From Halalkalibacterium halodurans (GTDB lineage: Bacteria; Bacillota; Bacilli; Bacillales; Bacillaceae_D), in the NCBI RefSeq assembly GCF_004376175.1, contig NZ_SNUY01000001.1, forward strand, positions 1 through 32,000: DNA of 32,000 nt, written 5' to 3'. The notes beneath the pieces were generated by a model. The model did no database searches and was not told where the DNA came from. It saw nothing but the letters and a program-made list of their open reading frames with translations. Shown piece by piece: positions 29,065 to 32,000 of this stretch (its first letter is position 1; the number at the start of each line of letters is the position of its first letter). The translations under genes and the position numbers were made by a program.

Positions 29065-29865
29065 ATGAAACAATTATGGTTTTTTGGTCTAGCTCAGGCA
29101 AAAGCCTGTCTTTTTCCCGTCGTGATCTTTCTGACTCTTGCGATTACAAAATTGGTAGACATCCCGTTTATGCCCCGCTATGATTTCATTCTACTTGTTT
29201 GCCTTCTGACTCAAGTGTTGATGGTCGTCTCTAAATTGGAAACGATCGATGAATTGAAAGTGATTTGTGTCTTTCATGTGATCGGACTTGGACTTGAGAT
29301 TTACAAAGTTCATATGGGGTCGTGGAGCTATCCTGAGGAAGCTATCACGAAGATTTTTGGCGTTCCATTGTACAGTGGCTTTATGTATGCGAGTGTAGCA
29401 AGTTATATGTGCCAAGCGTGGAAGCGACTTGACTTGCGGTTAACGAATTGGCCTCCGACGTGGACGGTTGTCATTCTTAGTGGTCTGATTTATTTTAACT
29501 TTTACACGAATCATTATCTTTACGATATTCGCTGGTTGTTAAAAGTGGCGACACTGCTCCTTTTCTTCCGCACGTTTGTTTTCTTTACCGTCAACCACCG
29601 GACGTATTCGATGCCGCTCTCATTTTCGTTTGTCCTCATCGGCTTTTTCATCTGGATTGCTGAAAACATTGCCACGTTCTTTGGCGCATGGCAATACCCG
29701 AACCAAGAGCATCAGTGGGAGCTAGTAAAAATAGGAAAAATAAGCTCCTGGCTCTTGCTCGTTATTGTTAGTTTTCTAATCGTCGCCATGCTCAAACATT
29801 TAAAAGAGCGAAGGCTGCAAATGAAAATATGTAAAGAGGAGCAAATGTTGACATTAAATAAATAA
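29065..29865 (+). CDS. Polytopic membrane protein, DUF817 (YoaT-like) family
   Basis: 266 aa with about 8 hydrophobic segments. The N-terminus MKQLWFFGLAQAKACLFPVVIF and the WSYP and FFIWIAENI..FFGAW.YP motifs recall DUF817 proteins. The family call is from memory. Confidence 0.7.
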   Translation: MKQLWFFGLAQAKACLFPVVIFLTLAITKLVDIPFMPRYDFILLVCLLTQVLMVVSKLETIDELKVICVFHVIGLGLEIYKVHMGSWSYPEEAITKIFGVPLYSGFMYASVASYMCQAWKRLDLRLTNWPPTWTVVILSGLIYFNFYTNHYLYDIRWLLKVATLLLFFRTFVFFTVNHRTYSMPLSFSFVLIGFFIWIAENIATFFGAWQYPNQEHQWELVKIGKISSWLLLVIVSFLIVAMLKHLKERRLQMKICKEEQMLTLNK

Positions 29866-29888
29866 GGGAAGCCAAGACTCAGCTTCCC
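29866..29888. terminator. Hairpin between the convergent DUF817 and NUDIX genes
   Basis: GGGAAGC (29866-29872) and GCTTCCC (29882-29888) form a stem with a 9-nt loop. There is no clear U-tract on either side. Confidence 0.35.
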
Positions 29889-29908
29889 TCCTTCACATGT
29901 CAGAGATA

Positions 29909-30532
29909 TTAATCAAGATATACCGGAGTGTCAGGATTCAATCTATGTTTAAATGCGATGTCGAGTTGAGATTGTGTATTTCTCGCGACCGACAGAGATG
30001 GCAACTCGTCTTGTGCAAAAAAGCCGACTGCACTCGTTTCAATTCCTTTCTTCGGCACACCCCCGGTAATTTCACATTGGATAAACAGTTTGTATACATG
30101 ATACGGTGAAGGTGGATGAGGGTGACAAGCTTTGTCAAAAACAGCAAGTAGTTTTGTTGCTTTAACGTCAAGCCCGGCCTCTTCTTTTACTTCTTTTTCT
30201 GCCACCTCTTTCGGTGTTAAGCCAATGTCTCCCCAACCACCAGGCAATGCCCAGCCCCCATCGCTCGTTTCTTGAACCATGAGCAGCTTCTCCTCTTTAA
30301 AAACGACAGCACGTATATCAACTTTTGGCGTAGGATAGCCTGTTTCATGAGCAAACAAATCCTTGATCGTTCTCCTGTCTACTTCCGTATGATGAGCGAC
30401 GATTTCAAGACTAACCTCCCTAAGTAGCTCAAATCTCTCCAGGTCATAGACATCTTTCGAATATGTTAATCCTGCCTGAGCAATGGCCTGTAGTTGTTTT
30501 GCCCACTCCAACCATTTGGGTTCGATGGTCAT
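29909..30532 (-). CDS. NUDIX hydrolase with an N-terminal Nudix_N_2-type helical domain
   Basis: 207 aa. The N-terminal region is WLEWAKQLQAIAQAGLTYSKDVYDLERFELL. A Nudix box follows: GGWGDIGLTPKEVAEKEVKEEAGL. Confidence 0.85.
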   Translation of the reverse strand: MTIEPKWLEWAKQLQAIAQAGLTYSKDVYDLERFELLREVSLEIVAHHTEVDRRTIKDLFAHETGYPTPKVDIRAVVFKEEKLLMVQETSDGGWALPGGWGDIGLTPKEVAEKEVKEEAGLDVKATKLLAVFDKACHPHPPSPYHVYKLFIQCEITGGVPKKGIETSAVGFFAQDELPSLSVARNTQSQLDIAFKHRLNPDTPVYLD

Positions 30533-30661
30533 CCTCTCCTTAGCAAACTTGGCTTACCGTTAAGTCTTAAAGCGGAAGCATCGTTTTCTTATCGTTTATT
30601 CCTTTTATAGTTTTAGAAACAGCGTGTATGACTCCCTTTTAAAGTTGTATGTATTGTTTAA

Positions 30662-31123
30662 TTAGTTTGCTCCCTTGGCATTGAGAAGTGAATCCTTCAT
30701 TTCTTCACTCAATGGGAATGGTTTTCCCGTTTTTTTGCTCACTTGTACGACCGTTCCTCTTCCAGTCATACAGATGTGGCCAGTGCTGTTTTTGATCATA
30801 TAATGGAGGTCAACAGATGAGCTACCAATGCTTGCAGGCTTTACCCATACCGTTAAGCGATCATCGAAAAACACTTGTCGTTGATAATCACATTGCAAGT
30901 CTGCAACAACAATCATTCCTTCGTATTCCGGGTTCGTCCATAGCTTAAAAAAACCTAGAGATTTAAAAAAATCGGTCCTTGCTTCTTCAAAATACACAAA
31001 TGTTTTCGTATTGTTTAAATGGCCGAACGCATCTGTTTCTGAAAAGCGAACCTTTACAGATGTTGAAAAACGAAATTCCGCTTCCCATAAATCCAACTGT
31101 TCAATATACGCTGGAAGTCTCAT
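30662..31123 (-). CDS. ysmA: 4HBT/YbgC-type acyl-CoA thioesterase (YsmA-like by position next to sdhB)
   Basis: From the ATG at 31123 (AAAGGGGGAG SD 7 nt upstream) the protein starts MRLPAYIEQ. The region VRFSETDAFGHLNNTKTFVYFEEAR is the hot-dog fold catalytic region. It is 153 aa. Confidence 0.8.
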   Translation of the reverse strand: MRLPAYIEQLDLWEAEFRFSTSVKVRFSETDAFGHLNNTKTFVYFEEARTDFFKSLGFFKLWTNPEYEGMIVVADLQCDYQRQVFFDDRLTVWVKPASIGSSSVDLHYMIKNSTGHICMTGRGTVVQVSKKTGKPFPLSEEMKDSLLNAKGAN

Positions 31124-31220
31124 TACTTTACTCCCCCTTTGATTAGTCAAAAGCCTTTCAACTTCAAACCACCTAGTCTTTATAGCAAAACAATCGCTTC
31201 TTTGTCCTTTTTATAGGTGT

Positions 31221-31257
31221 AAAAAGCGAGGCTTTCCCTCATGGAAGGAAAGCCTCG
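31221..31257 (-). terminator. Rho-independent terminator after sdhB
   Basis: On the minus strand CGAGGCTTTCC (31257-31247) and GGAAAGCCTCG (31237-31227) form an 11-bp stem with a 9-nt loop, followed by CTTTTT. Confidence 0.8.
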
Positions 31258-31286
31258 TTACAAACGTCCAACATGGTAGTAGTTTC

Positions 31287-32000
31287 TTAGTTTGTGCTGC
31301 CAAAGAAGTTTTTGAACGACTGCAACGTAGCCGAACGGTTTAATGCCGCAATTGACGTTGTAAGCGGAATTCCTTTCGGACATGATTGAACGCAGTTTTG
31401 TGAGTTTCCACAGTTCGCAAGTCCACCGTCTCCCATGATCGCTTGGAGTCGTTCCTCTTTGTTCATCTCGCCTGTTGGGTGGGCGTTAAAAAGACGAACT
31501 TGTGATAGCGGCGCTGGGCCAATGAATTCTGACTTGCTGTTAACGTTTGGACATGCTTCTAAGCAAACTCCACACGTCATACATTTTGAAAGTTCATACG
31601 CCCATTGACGCTTCGACTCTGCCATCCGTGGACCAGGACCTAAATCGTAGGTTCCGTCGATCGGAATCCATGCCTTTACTTTTTTCAATGAGTCAAACAT
31701 CCGGCTGCGGTCAATGACTAGGTCGCGGACCACAGGGAATGTTTTCATTGGCTCTAGGCGAATGGGCTGCTCCAGTTGATCCACTAGGGCCGTACATGAT
31801 TGTCGCGGCTTGCCGTTAATGACCATGGAACACGCTCCGCAAACCTCTTCCAAGCAGTTCATTTCCCAAGCAACTGGTGTGCTCGTTTCGCCCTTGCTGT
31901 TTACCGGATTTCGGCGAATCTCCATTAAAGCCGAAATGACATTCATATTTTGACGGTACGGGACATGAAACTCTTCTTCATAAGGACTGCTATCTGGGTC
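31287..32000 (-). CDS. sdhB: Succinate dehydrogenase iron-sulfur subunit, 5' end outside the window
   Basis: It shows Fe-S cluster Cys motifs (CLEEVCGACSMVINGKPRQSC, CMTCGVCLEACP, CGNSQNCVQSCP). The frame stays open upstream of the track ATG (..DPDSSPYEEEFHVPYRQNMNVISALMEI) to the window end, so the ORF is truncated by the window. Confidence 0.93.
   Translation of the reverse strand, partial: DPDSSPYEEEFHVPYRQNMNVISALMEIRRNPVNSKGETSTPVAWEMNCLEEVCGACSMVINGKPRQSCTALVDQLEQPIRLEPMKTFPVVRDLVIDRSRMFDSLKKVKAWIPIDGTYDLGPGPRMAESKRQWAYELSKCMTCGVCLEACPNVNSKSEFIGPAPLSQVRLFNAHPTGEMNKEERLQAIMGDGGLANCGNSQNCVQSCPKGIPLTTSIAALNRSATLQSFKNFFGSTN

Overview
This is a chromosomal segment of a Bacillus-like Firmicute, roughly mid-40s % G+C by eye. 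Nearly all of it is transcribed on the minus strand. From memory it is colinear with the B. subtilis 168 neighbourhood clpX-tig-ysoA-leuDCBA-ilvCHB ... ysnB-ysnA(rdgB)-rph-gerM-racE-ysmB ... gerE-ysmA-sdhB.

Core content, all on the minus strand unless stated:
- clpX, tig and a TPR protein.
- The complete leuDCBA-ilvCHB operon behind a Leu (CUC) T-box leader.
- ilvD placed directly upstream of that leader.
- A tRNA-Gly(UCC)/tRNA-Arg(UCU) pair.
- ysnB-rdgB-rph, gerM, racE and a MarR regulator.
- ptsH-ptsI.
- gerE on the plus strand.
- A 4HBT thioesterase and the 3' two-thirds of sdhB.

Departures from the core layout:
1. Two about 98% identical copies of a 1.38-kb ISL3-family IS lie in direct orientation. 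One is cut by the window start. The other is complete at 16831-18214 and is inserted into the first codons of a DUF4352-type membrane-anchored protein gene.
2. A tandem duplication of about 145 bp sits in the tRNA operon leader and carries a 31-nt 5' fragment of tRNA-Gly.
3. ptsHI is preceded by a GlcT-type RAT-like antiterminator target, but no ptsG or glcT is present in the window.
4. A small accessory island lies between gerE and ysmA. It holds decayed paiA/paiB remnants, an AAC(6')-like GNAT plus a lipoprotein, two tiny hydrophobic ORFs, an 85-aa orphan, a DUF817 membrane protein and a NUDIX hydrolase.
5. An AT-rich, ORF-poor decayed block lies next to a degenerate DUF559-like ORF.

I see no CRISPR array, no rRNA, no prophage and no convincing novel multi-gene system such as a defence system. 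The interesting signals are regulatory and structural rather than a new gene cassette. All family assignments come from reading the translations and from memory, not from database searches.
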